Below are positions 27,992 through 37,590 of a stretch of 64,000 nt of DNA, piece by piece. Below the pieces are notes generated by a model. The model searched no databases. It saw nothing but the letters and a program-made list of their open reading frames with translations, and was not told the DNA's origin. The translations under genes and the position numbers were made by a program. Position 1 is the stretch's first letter. Every line of letters starts with the position of its first letter. The stretch is taken from positions 194,363 to 258,362 of the IMG/VR virus record IMGVR_UViG_3300044701_002789; one strand, written 5' to 3'.

Positions 27992-29315
27992 TCAAAAACT
28001 CCTTTAGTTGTTTGAGGGGTTCATTCCAGTTTCTGGGTTTCTTTTGTTTAAAAAGATGAACATTATTTCCATACCACCAAGATTTATTTGTAGAACTTGT
28101 CCAAACATAGTATTCCATAATGGGAACAAAGACACAAACTTCTTTACCTTGTGATGCTGCGATGTGTGCAATGGAAGTACAGGAAGTAATCACCAAGTCC
28201 ATTTGAGATACCAGTGAGAATGTATCTGTAAAATCACGATTTTGAATATCAAAGGTTTTGATATCATAACCTTCTGGTGGTGTTTGGTCTGGTAGTTGAA
28301 GTGAATATAGGGATGCTGAGGTTTTTGAAAGAACATCAAATAATGGTTCGGGTTCAATGGAACGAAAATGTGCCTGTTCAAATCCAGAACCAGAATTCCA
28401 GAACACTCCAATCTTATATTTTTGGTCTTCTTTTAGGTATGAATATTGTTGTTCTTTTTCTGGAAGTGGTTGAAGATAGGGTTCTTGACCTAAATCTTGA
28501 ACTGTGAGATTGAGATAATAAGGTAATGCAAGAGCATAAACCCAAACTGAATTTTCTGGAAAAGTGATTTTATCATAGACACAAACTGAAGTAAACCCGT
28601 TATAATTGAAGAGTTTCACCATTTCTTTTCTGGTAGAAGTCCAGATTGGTTTCATTCCAAGTTCTTTTAGGTGTTTCATAAACCGAATGTGAATAATCTC
28701 GTCTCCTGCACCACATTGACTGTCTATGATGATTGTTTGACCTGGTGTTACGGTTCCGTCCCACTTTTTGAAAGGTGGGAGTTTCTTATTCTTATATGCT
28801 TCTACTTCTCCTGCTTTGAGAAAGTGTTGAAGACCTATATGTAAGTCATCTTTACGAAAATAATGTCCTGAAAGATTATGATATGCTTTTCGTTCTATTT
28901 CAGGTGAAAGTGATTTTTGAAGTAATTGAAACAAAAGTTTCTCTGACTTTTCTTTTTGATTAAGTGCAGAATAAGAAAATGTTTCTTCTAAAAGAAGTTC
29001 AATATCTTGTGAGTTTTTTGATTTAATCTTTGAGATTTGAGTGAGTGCCTTATCTGGGTAATTGTTTTGATTGTATGCGTTGATGAGGTTTTTTGTGGTG
29101 ATATAATTTTCTTCTTTGGTTTTTGTGAGTTTTAATGCTTTTTCGCCATAGGTAATTGCATTGGAGAAGTCTTTGATTTCAAAGAATATCTTTGCAACAT
29201 CATTGTATTGTTCAAATGTTTCTGCTCTTTTTCCAAATGCAAGGAGAACTTGTGTTGTAAGTTCCTTTTCTTCAAAGGAATGCAGGGTTTTTGTGACCAA
29301 CTCAAGGGGGTTCAT
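27975..29315 (-). CDS. TPR + GT9-like (GT-B) glycosyltransferase
   Basis: TPR N-terminus; WDG, GAGD.I..RF, YSLQ, DLVITSCTSIAH.A. Confidence 0.85.
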   Translation of the reverse strand: MNPLELVTKTLHSFEEKELTTQVLLAFGKRAETFEQYNDVAKIFFEIKDFSNAITYGEKALKLTKTKEENYITTKNLINAYNQNNYPDKALTQISKIKSKNSQDIELLLEETFSYSALNQKEKSEKLLFQLLQKSLSPEIERKAYHNLSGHYFRKDDLHIGLQHFLKAGEVEAYKNKKLPPFKKWDGTVTPGQTIIIDSQCGAGDEIIHIRFMKHLKELGMKPIWTSTRKEMVKLFNYNGFTSVCVYDKITFPENSVWVYALALPYYLNLTVQDLGQEPYLQPLPEKEQQYSYLKEDQKYKIGVFWNSGSGFEQAHFRSIEPEPLFDVLSKTSASLYSLQLPDQTPPEGYDIKTFDIQNRDFTDTFSLVSQMDLVITSCTSIAHIAASQGKEVCVFVPIMEYYVWTSSTNKSWWYGNNVHLFKQKKPRNWNEPLKQLKEFLNDRGI

Positions 29316-29342
29316 TGTGTGATTATAGTGTATCTTGAGTAT

Positions 29343-31721
29343 TTAGAATGATACAAAATCTACTGATTGGATTGCTGTTGTGTGAGCATTTCCAGCACTC
29401 ACTTGTTTCCAATTATTCCCTCCAGCAAATGTAGTGACTGGAGTGATTCTACTTATATTATTTGCATTTCCAAGTCTACCATTAGTTCCCTCACCCCAAG
29501 TCCAAAGGGTTCCATCGGTTTTGATTGCTGCTGTGTGAAAACCTCCAGCACTCACTTGTTTCCAATTCGTTCCTCCAGAAAATGTGGTGACTGGAGTACT
29601 TATGTTTGTAGTTTGTGCATTTCCAAGATTTCCATTATTTCCAAAACCCCAAGTCCAAAGAGTTCCATCGGTTTTGACTACTGATGTATGTTGATTTCCT
29701 GCACTCACTTGTTTCCAATTCGTTCCTCCAGCGAATGTTGTGACTGGAGTGCTTCTATTTGTAATATCATTAGTTCCAAGTCTTCCGTTATTTCCATAAC
29801 CCCAAGTCCAAAGGGTTCCATCGGTTTTGATTGCTGCTGTATGTTCATTTCCAGCACTCACTTGTTTCCAATTAGTTCCTCCCGCAAATGTTTCATTTGG
29901 AACCCAATCAATACTATCAAGTCCTGATCCAAGTTGACCGTTAAGATTTATACCGAACAAATAAAGCTCTTTATTTACACCATCATCATATAAAGAAATT
30001 GTATGATCTCTACCACAACTTACTTGTTTCCAATTCGTTCCTCCAGCGAATGTTGTGACTGGAGTGCTTCTATTTGTAATATCATTAGTTCCAAGTCTTC
30101 CGTTATTTCCATAACCCCAAGTCCAAAGGGTTCCATCGGTTTTGATTGCTGCTGTGTGAAAACCTCCAGCACTCACTTGTTTCCAATTCGTTCCTCCGGC
30201 AAATGTTGTGACTGGAGTGCTTCTATTTGTAGTTTGTGCATTTCCAAGTTGTCCAAAACCTCCATAACCCCAAGTCCAAAGGGTTCCATCGGTTTTGATT
30301 GCTGCGGTAAAACTACCTCCAGCACTCACTTGTTTCCAATTCGTTCCTCCAGCGAATGTTGTGACTGGAGTGCTTCTATTTGTAGTTTGTGCATTTCCAA
30401 GTTGTCCAAATGGACTACTAAAAAGACTATTTGACCCCCAAGTCCAAAGAGTTCCATCGGTTTTGATTGCTGCCGTATGAGTGGAAAAATTACTCGCCGA
30501 TATTGCTGTTCCACAACTTACTTGTTTCCAATTGGTTCCTCCAGCAAAGGTGGTAACTGGAGTACTAAAGGTTCCTGTAGTTGCTCCATTTCCAAGTCTT
30601 CCATTACTACCAAGACCCCAAGTCCAAAGAGTACCATCTGTTTTAATTGCTGCTGTGTAATTAACTCCAGCACTCACTTGTTTCCAATTGGTTCCTCCAG
30701 AAAATGTGGTGACTGGAGTGCTTCTATTTGTAGTTTGTGCATTTCCAAGTTGTCCAAAACCTCCATAACCCCAAGTCCAAAGGGTTCCATCGGTTTTGAC
30801 TACTGCTGTATAATAACCTCCAGCACTTACTTGTTTCCAGTTAGTTCCTCCAGCAAAGGTGGTAACTGGAGTACTAAAGGTTCCTGTAGTTGCTCCATTT
30901 CCAAGTCTTCCGTTATTTCCATAACCCCAAGTCCAAAGAGTTCCATCGGTTTTGATTGCTGCTGTGTGAAAACCTCCAGCACTTATTGTATATAAATCTT
31001 CTGGTTCTGATGAAGGTACATCTTTCCAATTTATTCCTCCAGCGAATGTAGTTACAGGAGTAACTTTATTGGTTCCTATAGCAAATCTTCCAAGCCTTCC
31101 ATTACCTCCATAACCCCAAGTCCAAAGGGTTCCATCGGTTTTGATTGCCGTTACATGAATAGTTCCTAAACTCACTTGTTTCCAATTCGTTCCTCCAGCA
31201 AATGTTGTGACTGGAGTGCTTCTATTTGTAATATCATTAGCTCCAAGTTTTCCATTATCACCATAACCCCAAGTCCAAAGAGTACCATCTGTTTTAATTG
31301 CTGCTGTGTAATTAACTCCAGCACTCACTTGTTTCCAATTGGTTCCTCCAGAAAATGTGGTGACTGGAGTACTTGTATCAGTAATAGTTGCATTTCCAAG
31401 TCGTCCACCACTTCCACTACCCCAAACCCAAAGGGTTCCATCGGTTTTGATTGCTGCTGTGTGAAAACCTCCAGCACTCACTTGTTTCCAATTCGTTCCT
31501 CCAGCAAATGTGGTAACTGGAGTAATTCTATCTGTAATTGCTGAATTTCCAAGATTTCCATTATTTCCAAAACCCCAACACCAAAGTTCTGGAGGAATAC
31601 CAATCTGTTGTCCAATAGAAGGATAAACACTCAACAAATAATCCTTACGAACTAACTTACTTCCCAAATCAACTCCATTACTATCTTTAAAATTGGTAGT
31701 GATATTTTGATTAGAACTCAT
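29343..31721 (-). CDS. RCC1/BLIP-II repeat protein, 14 repeats (double propeller)
   Basis: 14 units counted, two of them irregular. Confidence 0.92.
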   Translation of the reverse strand: MSSNQNITTNFKDSNGVDLGSKLVRKDYLLSVYPSIGQQIGIPPELWCWGFGNNGNLGNSAITDRITPVTTFAGGTNWKQVSAGGFHTAAIKTDGTLWVWGSGSGGRLGNATITDTSTPVTTFSGGTNWKQVSAGVNYTAAIKTDGTLWTWGYGDNGKLGANDITNRSTPVTTFAGGTNWKQVSLGTIHVTAIKTDGTLWTWGYGGNGRLGRFAIGTNKVTPVTTFAGGINWKDVPSSEPEDLYTISAGGFHTAAIKTDGTLWTWGYGNNGRLGNGATTGTFSTPVTTFAGGTNWKQVSAGGYYTAVVKTDGTLWTWGYGGFGQLGNAQTTNRSTPVTTFSGGTNWKQVSAGVNYTAAIKTDGTLWTWGLGSNGRLGNGATTGTFSTPVTTFAGGTNWKQVSCGTAISASNFSTHTAAIKTDGTLWTWGSNSLFSSPFGQLGNAQTTNRSTPVTTFAGGTNWKQVSAGGSFTAAIKTDGTLWTWGYGGFGQLGNAQTTNRSTPVTTFAGGTNWKQVSAGGFHTAAIKTDGTLWTWGYGNNGRLGTNDITNRSTPVTTFAGGTNWKQVSCGRDHTISLYDDGVNKELYLFGINLNGQLGSGLDSIDWVPNETFAGGTNWKQVSAGNEHTAAIKTDGTLWTWGYGNNGRLGTNDITNRSTPVTTFAGGTNWKQVSAGNQHTSVVKTDGTLWTWGFGNNGNLGNAQTTNISTPVTTFSGGTNWKQVSAGGFHTAAIKTDGTLWTWGEGTNGRLGNANNISRITPVTTFAGGNNWKQVSAGNAHTTAIQSVDFVSF

Positions 31722-32395
31722 TCCAGTCCTCCTAAGAAATCAAAAGGTCTTTCTGGTTGTTCACGAACCACTACATTATAAACATCATCAATGGTCGCAC
31801 ACGCATCAATTTCCTGAAGTTTTGAGAGTTCCCAGTCAAATGCCTCTTGAACTTTTAAGTCAACCTGATGAATAATATATTGAAGTTCTTCAGTGGTAAT
31901 CTCCAACCAAGTGTTTTTAAACTTAAAGTTATGAGGACCAGGAGATGCAGAAAGTTTTGCTGCTAATAAAATTCTTTCTTCTCTTGAGGTTGATACTTCT
32001 ACTTCAGTTTCATTTACTGTGAGTGTAATTGTAGTATTTTCTTTTTCTCTTCTATAAGGTGCAACTTCTTGTTTGCGACGTTCTTTGACTTCTTCAAGGG
32101 TTTTATCAGTAACTGGATAAGTCAATAAAACCTTAATAGGAACATTGTTCTCTTCAACAATTGACCAAGTAAAATTACCAATATTTTGATACTTGGGGTC
32201 GTGTGATGGAATATCTTTTTCTATTTGTAAAAGATGTGTAAGACCATCACTAAAATGAATTGGAATTTCTGTGTAACTTGAAGGATTGAGAGTTTCTTCT
32301 ACTTCAAGGTCTTCTAATTCAGCATTCATCATTCGGACATTGTAACCAATCGGTCCTAAAATCAATGAGTTGTTATGAATAAGTGCGAGTTCCAT
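31718..32395 (-). CDS. DUF4376-like tail fibre assembly/accessory protein
   Basis: K...R..KE...I, VQ.AFDWE...EI.A pattern; lies between fibre-associated genes. Confidence 0.65.
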   Translation of the reverse strand: MELALIHNNSLILGPIGYNVRMMNAELEDLEVEETLNPSSYTEIPIHFSDGLTHLLQIEKDIPSHDPKYQNIGNFTWSIVEENNVPIKVLLTYPVTDKTLEEVKERRKQEVAPYRREKENTTITLTVNETEVEVSTSREERILLAAKLSASPGPHNFKFKNTWLEITTEELQYIIHQVDLKVQEAFDWELSKLQEIDACATIDDVYNVVVREQPERPFDFLGGLE

Positions 32396-32411
32396 TGGTC
32401 TTTATGAGTAT

Positions 32412-33593
32412 TTATGAGAGTGGAAGGTCTGCTGGGATACCTGCGGTGACTGCTGCTGTGTTAGAAATCTGTTTCCAGTTAGTTCCACCAGCAAATGTAG
32501 TGACTGGAGTACTTCTATCAGTATTATTTGCATTTCCGAGTTTTCCACTAACTCCAGAGCCCCAAATCCACAAGGTTCCATCAGTCTTAATTGCTGTTAT
32601 GTAATTAACTCCACAACTAACTTGTTTCCAATTAGTCCCCCCAGCAAATGTAGTGACTGGAGTACTTCTATCAGTATTATTTGCATTTCCAAGTTGTCCA
32701 GAAGTCCCAGTACCCCAAGTCCACAAGGTTCCATCAGTCTTAATTGCTGTTGTGTGATAAAATCCACAACTTACTTGTTTCCAATTAGTCCCCCCAGCAA
32801 ATGTAGTGACTGGAGTACTTCTATCAGTATTATTTGCATTTCCAAGTTGTCCAGCATACCCATAACCCCAAGTCCAAAGAGTTCCATCGGTTTTGACTGC
32901 TGCTGTATGACTATATCCACAACTCACTTGTTTCCAGTTCGTCCCTCCGGCAAATGTGGTGACCGGAGTACTCGTGTTTCCAGTAACTATCCCGTTTCCA
33001 AGTTCTCCAAAAGACTCACTACCCCAAAGCCAAAGAGTTCCATCGGTTTTGATTGCTGCTGTACAATAACCTACAGAACTCACTTGTTTCCAGTTCGTCC
33101 CCCCGGCAAAAGTGGTAATGGGGGTGCTTCTATTTGTAGCATTTGCATTTCCAAGTTGTCCAGAATACCCACGACCCCAGGTCCAAAGAGTTCCATCTGT
33201 TTTAATTGCTGTTGTGTGATAACTTCCAAATCCCGAACTCACTTGTTTCCAGTTGGTTCCTCCTGCAAATGTGGTAACCGGGGTACTTCTTACTGTATAA
33301 CCTGCATTTCCAAGTTGTCCACTATCTCCACTACCCCAAGTCCAAAGCGTACCATCAGTTTTAATTGCTGTTGTGTGAACACTTCCAGCACTCACTTGTT
33401 TCCAATTAGTCCCCCCAGCAAATGTAGTGAGGGGGGTACTAAAGTTTCCAGTAGTTGCTCCATTTCCAAGTCTTCCATTATCACCATAACCCCAAGTCCA
33501 AAGTTCATCACCAATATATTGGTCAATTAACCAATATTCACTCACATAATAATTCTCAATGTCTCCTTCTGGGGATAAGAACTGATTAGGCAT
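32412..33593 (-). CDS. RCC1/BLIP-II repeat beta-propeller, 7 repeats
   Basis: Seven units; start overlaps the fibre gene stop by 8 bp. Confidence 0.92.
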   Translation of the reverse strand: MPNQFLSPEGDIENYYVSEYWLIDQYIGDELWTWGYGDNGRLGNGATTGNFSTPLTTFAGGTNWKQVSAGSVHTTAIKTDGTLWTWGSGDSGQLGNAGYTVRSTPVTTFAGGTNWKQVSSGFGSYHTTAIKTDGTLWTWGRGYSGQLGNANATNRSTPITTFAGGTNWKQVSSVGYCTAAIKTDGTLWLWGSESFGELGNGIVTGNTSTPVTTFAGGTNWKQVSCGYSHTAAVKTDGTLWTWGYGYAGQLGNANNTDRSTPVTTFAGGTNWKQVSCGFYHTTAIKTDGTLWTWGTGTSGQLGNANNTDRSTPVTTFAGGTNWKQVSCGVNYITAIKTDGTLWIWGSGVSGKLGNANNTDRSTPVTTFAGGTNWKQISNTAAVTAGIPADLPLS

Positions 33594-36500
33594 TTATCTT
33601 ATCCTCCAATTCTTCAATGCGAATTTGTTGTTCCTTAATTGCTTCAATTAATACTGCAACAATGTTTCCGTAAGAAACTGTTTTCAATCCTTTTGCATTT
33701 GTAGTTACAACTTCAGGTAATACCTTTTCAATTTCTTGTGCAATCACACCGATAGATGATTTATTATGTCCATCAATCCAATCATAATAAACACCATCAA
33801 TTCGTTTTACCAATTCCACTGCATTCTCAATGGGTCTTATATTTTCTTTCTGGGTTTGGTCAGATAGTGATGTGAATACAGTTGCATAAAGAGTTCCAGT
33901 GCTTGGTTGGAATTCTAATTTATTGTCTGATGCATATGTTGCGGTAGGTGTTCCGGTTGCAACATCCGAGAATGTTGGGAAGAAAATGTTTGAAGATGCA
34001 GTTTCGTTAGTGATGCTACCACTTCCACCGGAGGTTCCTTGAATACCTTGAATTGAAGTTCCTTGAGTACCTTGAATACCTGTGGTTCCTTGAATACCTT
34101 GTGTTCCTTGAGATCCTGTGGTTCCTTGGCGACCCTGTATACCTTGAGTACCTTGAGATCCTGTGATACCTTGTGTTCCTTGAGATCCTGAACCTGTAAT
34201 TCCTTGAGTACCTTGAATACCTTGGATACCTTGTGATCCTGTGATACCTTGTGTTCCTTGAGATCCTGAACCTGTAATTCCTTGGCGACCTTGAATACCT
34301 TGTGATCCCGTGGTTCCCTGGATACCTTGTGTTCCTTGTGATCCCGTGGTTCCCTGGATACCTTGTGTTCCTTGAGATCCTGTAGTTCCTTGAATACCTT
34401 GTGTTCCTTGAGATCCTGTGGTTCCTTGGATACCTTGTGTTCCTTGAGATCCTGTGGTTCCTTGGCGACCCTGTATACCTTGAGTACCTTGAGATCCTGT
34501 GGTTCCTTGGATACCTTGAGTTCCTTGAGAACCAGTAGTTCCTTGAATACCTTGAGTTCCTTGAGATCCTGTGGTTCCTTGGAGACCCTGTATACCTTGA
34601 GTTCCTCCAGATGACCAACTTACTCCAATTCCAGTAGAAATTAATATCGAACCTGCAGTACCTACCTGATTATTACTATCATAAAGACCATTGCGAATTC
34701 TAATATTTCCAACTATATCTAATTTTTGTGATGGATTGGTAGTTCCCAAACCAATGTTCCCATCAAAAGGTGCAAGTTGTATAGTTCCATTTGCATCCAC
34801 ATCAATACTTGGAATACCGGAAACATCGTTAACACTAAAGATAGAACCACTTGTAAGATTATTTGTAATGCTGAATAATTGTCCAGCAGACGCTTCAAAT
34901 GATAGTGTCCCAGAATTGAGAGTATCATAATGAATAATATCAATAATAGTTCCAATACCAACTGTACCAATACCAGATGATGGTCCACTATAAGTTAAAC
35001 TTGTACTTCCAGTTGGGTTATTAGATGCATCTTTATAAACAATTTGATTTGCAGAACCAGCAACAGGACCTGTTATTCCTTGAATACCTTGAGTTCCTTG
35101 AGATCCTGTGGTTCCCTGAATACCTTGAGTTCCTTGAGATCCTGTGGTTCCCTGAATACCTTGAGTACCTTGAGATCCTGTGGTTCCTTGAGATCCTGTG
35201 GTTCCCTGAATACCTTGAGTACCTTGAGAACCAGTGGTTCCTTGAATACCTTGAGTTCCTTGAGATCCTGTGGTTCCTTGACGACCTTGAATACCTTGAG
35301 AACCAGTGGTTCCTTGAATACCTTGAGTTCCTTGAGATCCTGTGGTTCCCTGAATACCTTGAGTACCTTGAGATCCTGTGGTTCCCTGGATACCTTGAGT
35401 TCCTTGAGATCCTGTGGTTCCTTGAATTCCTTGAGTACCTTGAGATCCTGTGGTTCCTTGAGATCCTGTGGTTCCCTGAATACCTTGTGTTCCCTGGATA
35501 CCTTGTGTTCCTTGAGAACCTGTGGTTCCCTGAGAACCTGTGGTTCCTTGAATTCCTTGAGTACCTTGAGATCCTGTGGTTCCTTGAGATCCTGTGGTTC
35601 CCTGGATACCTTGTGTTCCTTGAGAACCAGTTGTTCCTTGACGACCTTGAATACCTTGAGATCCTGTGGTTCCTTGAATTCCTTGTGTTCCCTGGATACC
35701 TTGTGTTCCTTGAGATCCTGTGGTTCCCTGAGAACCTGTGGTTCCTTGAATTCCTTGAGTACCTTGAGATCCTGTGGTTCCCTGGATACCTTGTGTTCCT
35801 TGAGATCCTGTGGTTCCCTGGATACCTTGTGTTCCTTGAGATCCTGTGGTTCCTTGACGACCTTGAATACCTTGAGAACCTGTGGTTCCTTGAATACCTT
35901 GAGTTCCTTGAGATCCTGTGGTTCCCTGAATACCTTGAGTACCTTGAGATCCTGTGGTTCCTTGGATACCCTGAACACCTTGCAGTGCAGCACTTTGAAT
36001 AGTATCTTTCTTTAACTGACCATCAGTTACATCATAGAATAAAATAAAATCATTACTTGCTGCGGCAGTTTGAGTTCTATCATTAATTAATCCAGGATTT
36101 GCACTTCTAATATTGGAAATTGTTACTCCAGTACCTAAAGTAGTAGAAGATAAAACCTCAGTACCCCCAATTTCATATACTTTTCCAACTTCAAGATTAA
36201 CATTATCACTAAATTTTAATGCGGAATTAGTGTTATCCCAGGTAATTGTTTTTCTTATATTTGTAGAACCAATACCAATTCCTGCACCATCAAGGAGTAT
36301 ATTTGTTCCAATAGTAGATGCAACTCCAATTTGATAATCTGCAAGTTCAATAGTTGTAGAATTTACTTGTGTAGTTGTTCCGTCAACATACAAATCACCT
36401 TTAATTCTTACAAGTCCAGTATTATCTCCTATTGTAGTTGGGTCAATAATAAGTTCAGTTGGACCATTAATTTGATTTACATACAGTGATGTTCCATCAA

Positions 36501-37581
36501 AAGTTAAATTTGGAGAACCAGTTGGATTATTTGAACCATCTTTATATACTACTTGATTTGCAGAACCAGCAACAGGACCTGTTGTTCCTTGAATTCCTTG
36601 AGTACCTTGAGATCCTGTGGTTCCTTGAATTCCTTGAGTACCTTGAGATCCTGTGGTTCCTTGAGATCCTGTGGTTCCTTGGATTCCTTGAGTTCCTTGA
36701 GATCCTGTGGTTCCCTGGATACCTTGAGTTCCTTGAGATCCTGTGGTTCCTTGACGACCTTGAATACCTTGAGATCCTGTGGTTCCTTGACGACCTTGAA
36801 TACCTTGAGATCCTGTGGTTCCTTGAATACCTTGTGTTCCTTGAGATCCTGTGGTTCCCTGAGAACCTGTGGTTCCCTGAATACCTTGAGTTCCTTGAGA
36901 ACCTGTGGTTCCCTGAATACCTTGAGTTCCTTGAGATCCTGTGGTTCCCTGGATACCTTGAGTTCCTTGAGATCCTGTGGTTCCCTGGATACCTTGAGTA
37001 CCTTGAGTACCTTGAGTACCTTGAGATCCTGTAGTTCCTTGAGATCCTGTGGTTCCTTGAATACCTTGTGTTCCTTGAGATCCTGTGGTTCCTTGAGAAC
37101 CTGTGGTTCCCTGAATACCTTGAGTTCCTTGAGATCCTGTGGTTCCTTGAATACCTTGAGTACCTTGAGTACCTTGAGAACCTGTGGTTCCTTGACGACC
37201 TTGAATACCTTGAGAACCTGTGGTTCCCTGGATACCTTGAGTACCTTGAGTACCTTGAGATCCTGTAGTTCCTTGGATTCCTTGAGTACCTTGTGATCCT
37301 GTGGTTCCTTGAACTCCTTGCAATGCAGCAGTTGATATTGATTCCCACTTAATACCAGAACCAGTGGATAATAGAACTGATGTTGCAGCACCCACTTGAT
37401 CAAAACTATCATAAATTCCACCACGAATTCTTACATCTCCCGCAACATCTAATTCTTGTGTTGCATTCGTGGTTCCAATACCAACCTTACCAGTAACCTC
37501 AAGTACTATTTGATTTTCAGTATAAGAAGTAATACCGATTCTGAGATTTCTTTGACGATTACTAATATATCCTTTAGGCAT
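33586..37581 (-). CDS. long collagen-like tail fibre with C-terminal peptidase S74 intramolecular chaperone
   Basis: Three G-X-Y blocks, VGIGT modules, C-terminal SD...K.NI, GVIAQE, VSY, LIEAIKE. Confidence 0.9.
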   Translation of the reverse strand: MPKGYISNRQRNLRIGITSYTENQIVLEVTGKVGIGTTNATQELDVAGDVRIRGGIYDSFDQVGAATSVLLSTGSGIKWESISTAALQGVQGTTGSQGTQGIQGTTGSQGTQGTQGIQGTTGSQGIQGRQGTTGSQGTQGTQGIQGTTGSQGTQGIQGTTGSQGTTGSQGTQGIQGTTGSQGTTGSQGTQGTQGTQGIQGTTGSQGTQGIQGTTGSQGTQGIQGTTGSQGTQGIQGTTGSQGTTGSQGTQGIQGTTGSQGIQGRQGTTGSQGIQGRQGTTGSQGTQGIQGTTGSQGTQGIQGTTGSQGTTGSQGTQGIQGTTGSQGTQGIQGTTGPVAGSANQVVYKDGSNNPTGSPNLTFDGTSLYVNQINGPTELIIDPTTIGDNTGLVRIKGDLYVDGTTTQVNSTTIELADYQIGVASTIGTNILLDGAGIGIGSTNIRKTITWDNTNSALKFSDNVNLEVGKVYEIGGTEVLSSTTLGTGVTISNIRSANPGLINDRTQTAAASNDFILFYDVTDGQLKKDTIQSAALQGVQGIQGTTGSQGTQGIQGTTGSQGTQGIQGTTGSQGIQGRQGTTGSQGTQGIQGTTGSQGTQGIQGTTGSQGTQGIQGTTGSQGTTGSQGTQGIQGTQGIQGTTGSQGIQGRQGTTGSQGTQGIQGTTGSQGTTGSQGTQGIQGTTGSQGTTGSQGTQGIQGTQGIQGTTGSQGTTGSQGTQGIQGTTGSQGTQGIQGTTGSQGTQGIQGTTGSQGTQGIQGTTGSQGIQGRQGTTGSQGTQGIQGTTGSQGTQGIQGTTGSQGTTGSQGTQGIQGTTGSQGTQGIQGTTGSQGTQGIQGITGPVAGSANQIVYKDASNNPTGSTSLTYSGPSSGIGTVGIGTIIDIIHYDTLNSGTLSFEASAGQLFSITNNLTSGSIFSVNDVSGIPSIDVDANGTIQLAPFDGNIGLGTTNPSQKLDIVGNIRIRNGLYDSNNQVGTAGSILISTGIGVSWSSGGTQGIQGLQGTTGSQGTQGIQGTTGSQGTQGIQGTTGSQGTQGIQGRQGTTGSQGTQGIQGTTGSQGTQGIQGTTGSQGTQGIQGTTGSQGTQGIQGTTGSQGIQGRQGITGSGSQGTQGITGSQGIQGIQGTQGITGSGSQGTQGITGSQGTQGIQGRQGTTGSQGTQGIQGTTGIQGTQGTSIQGIQGTSGGSGSITNETASSNIFFPTFSDVATGTPTATYASDNKLEFQPSTGTLYATVFTSLSDQTQKENIRPIENAVELVKRIDGVYYDWIDGHNKSSIGVIAQEIEKVLPEVVTTNAKGLKTVSYGNIVAVLIEAIKEQQIRIEELEDKINA
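34030..37321 (-). repeat. three collagen-like coding repeat blocks (~34030-34606, ~35066-35982, ~36575-37321)
   Basis: GTT-GSQ-GTQ-GIQ-GRQ triplets with near-identical codons. Confidence 0.9.
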
Positions 37582-37590
37582 TGTTCTTAA

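Noticed and set aside
29343-31721. Regular repeat/variable alternation resembling a CRISPR array
   Set aside because: The repeats are in-frame protein coding with synonymous variation; no cas genes or leader.
29367-33530. Cys/Ser-rich plus-strand ORFs opposite the RCC1 genes
   Set aside because: Antisense shadows of the repeats; no independent start signals.
24557-33593. Diversity-generating retroelement explanation for RCC1 loop variation (many variable codons are NNT, as AAT mutagenesis would give)
   Set aside because: No reverse transcriptase or non-coding template repeat in the window. Scaffold adenines are conserved, indels and non-A changes occur, and NNT bias is expected in an AT-rich genome. 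Worth revisiting only if an RT exists elsewhere in the genome.
34016-37424. Long alternative-frame and antisense ORFs (KEPQDLK, RNHRIS, LRSCGS, FLEILW) here and at 19790-20267 and 62384-63929
   Set aside because: Shadow frames produced by stop-free 9-bp collagen repeats; they begin and end with the repeat blocks.
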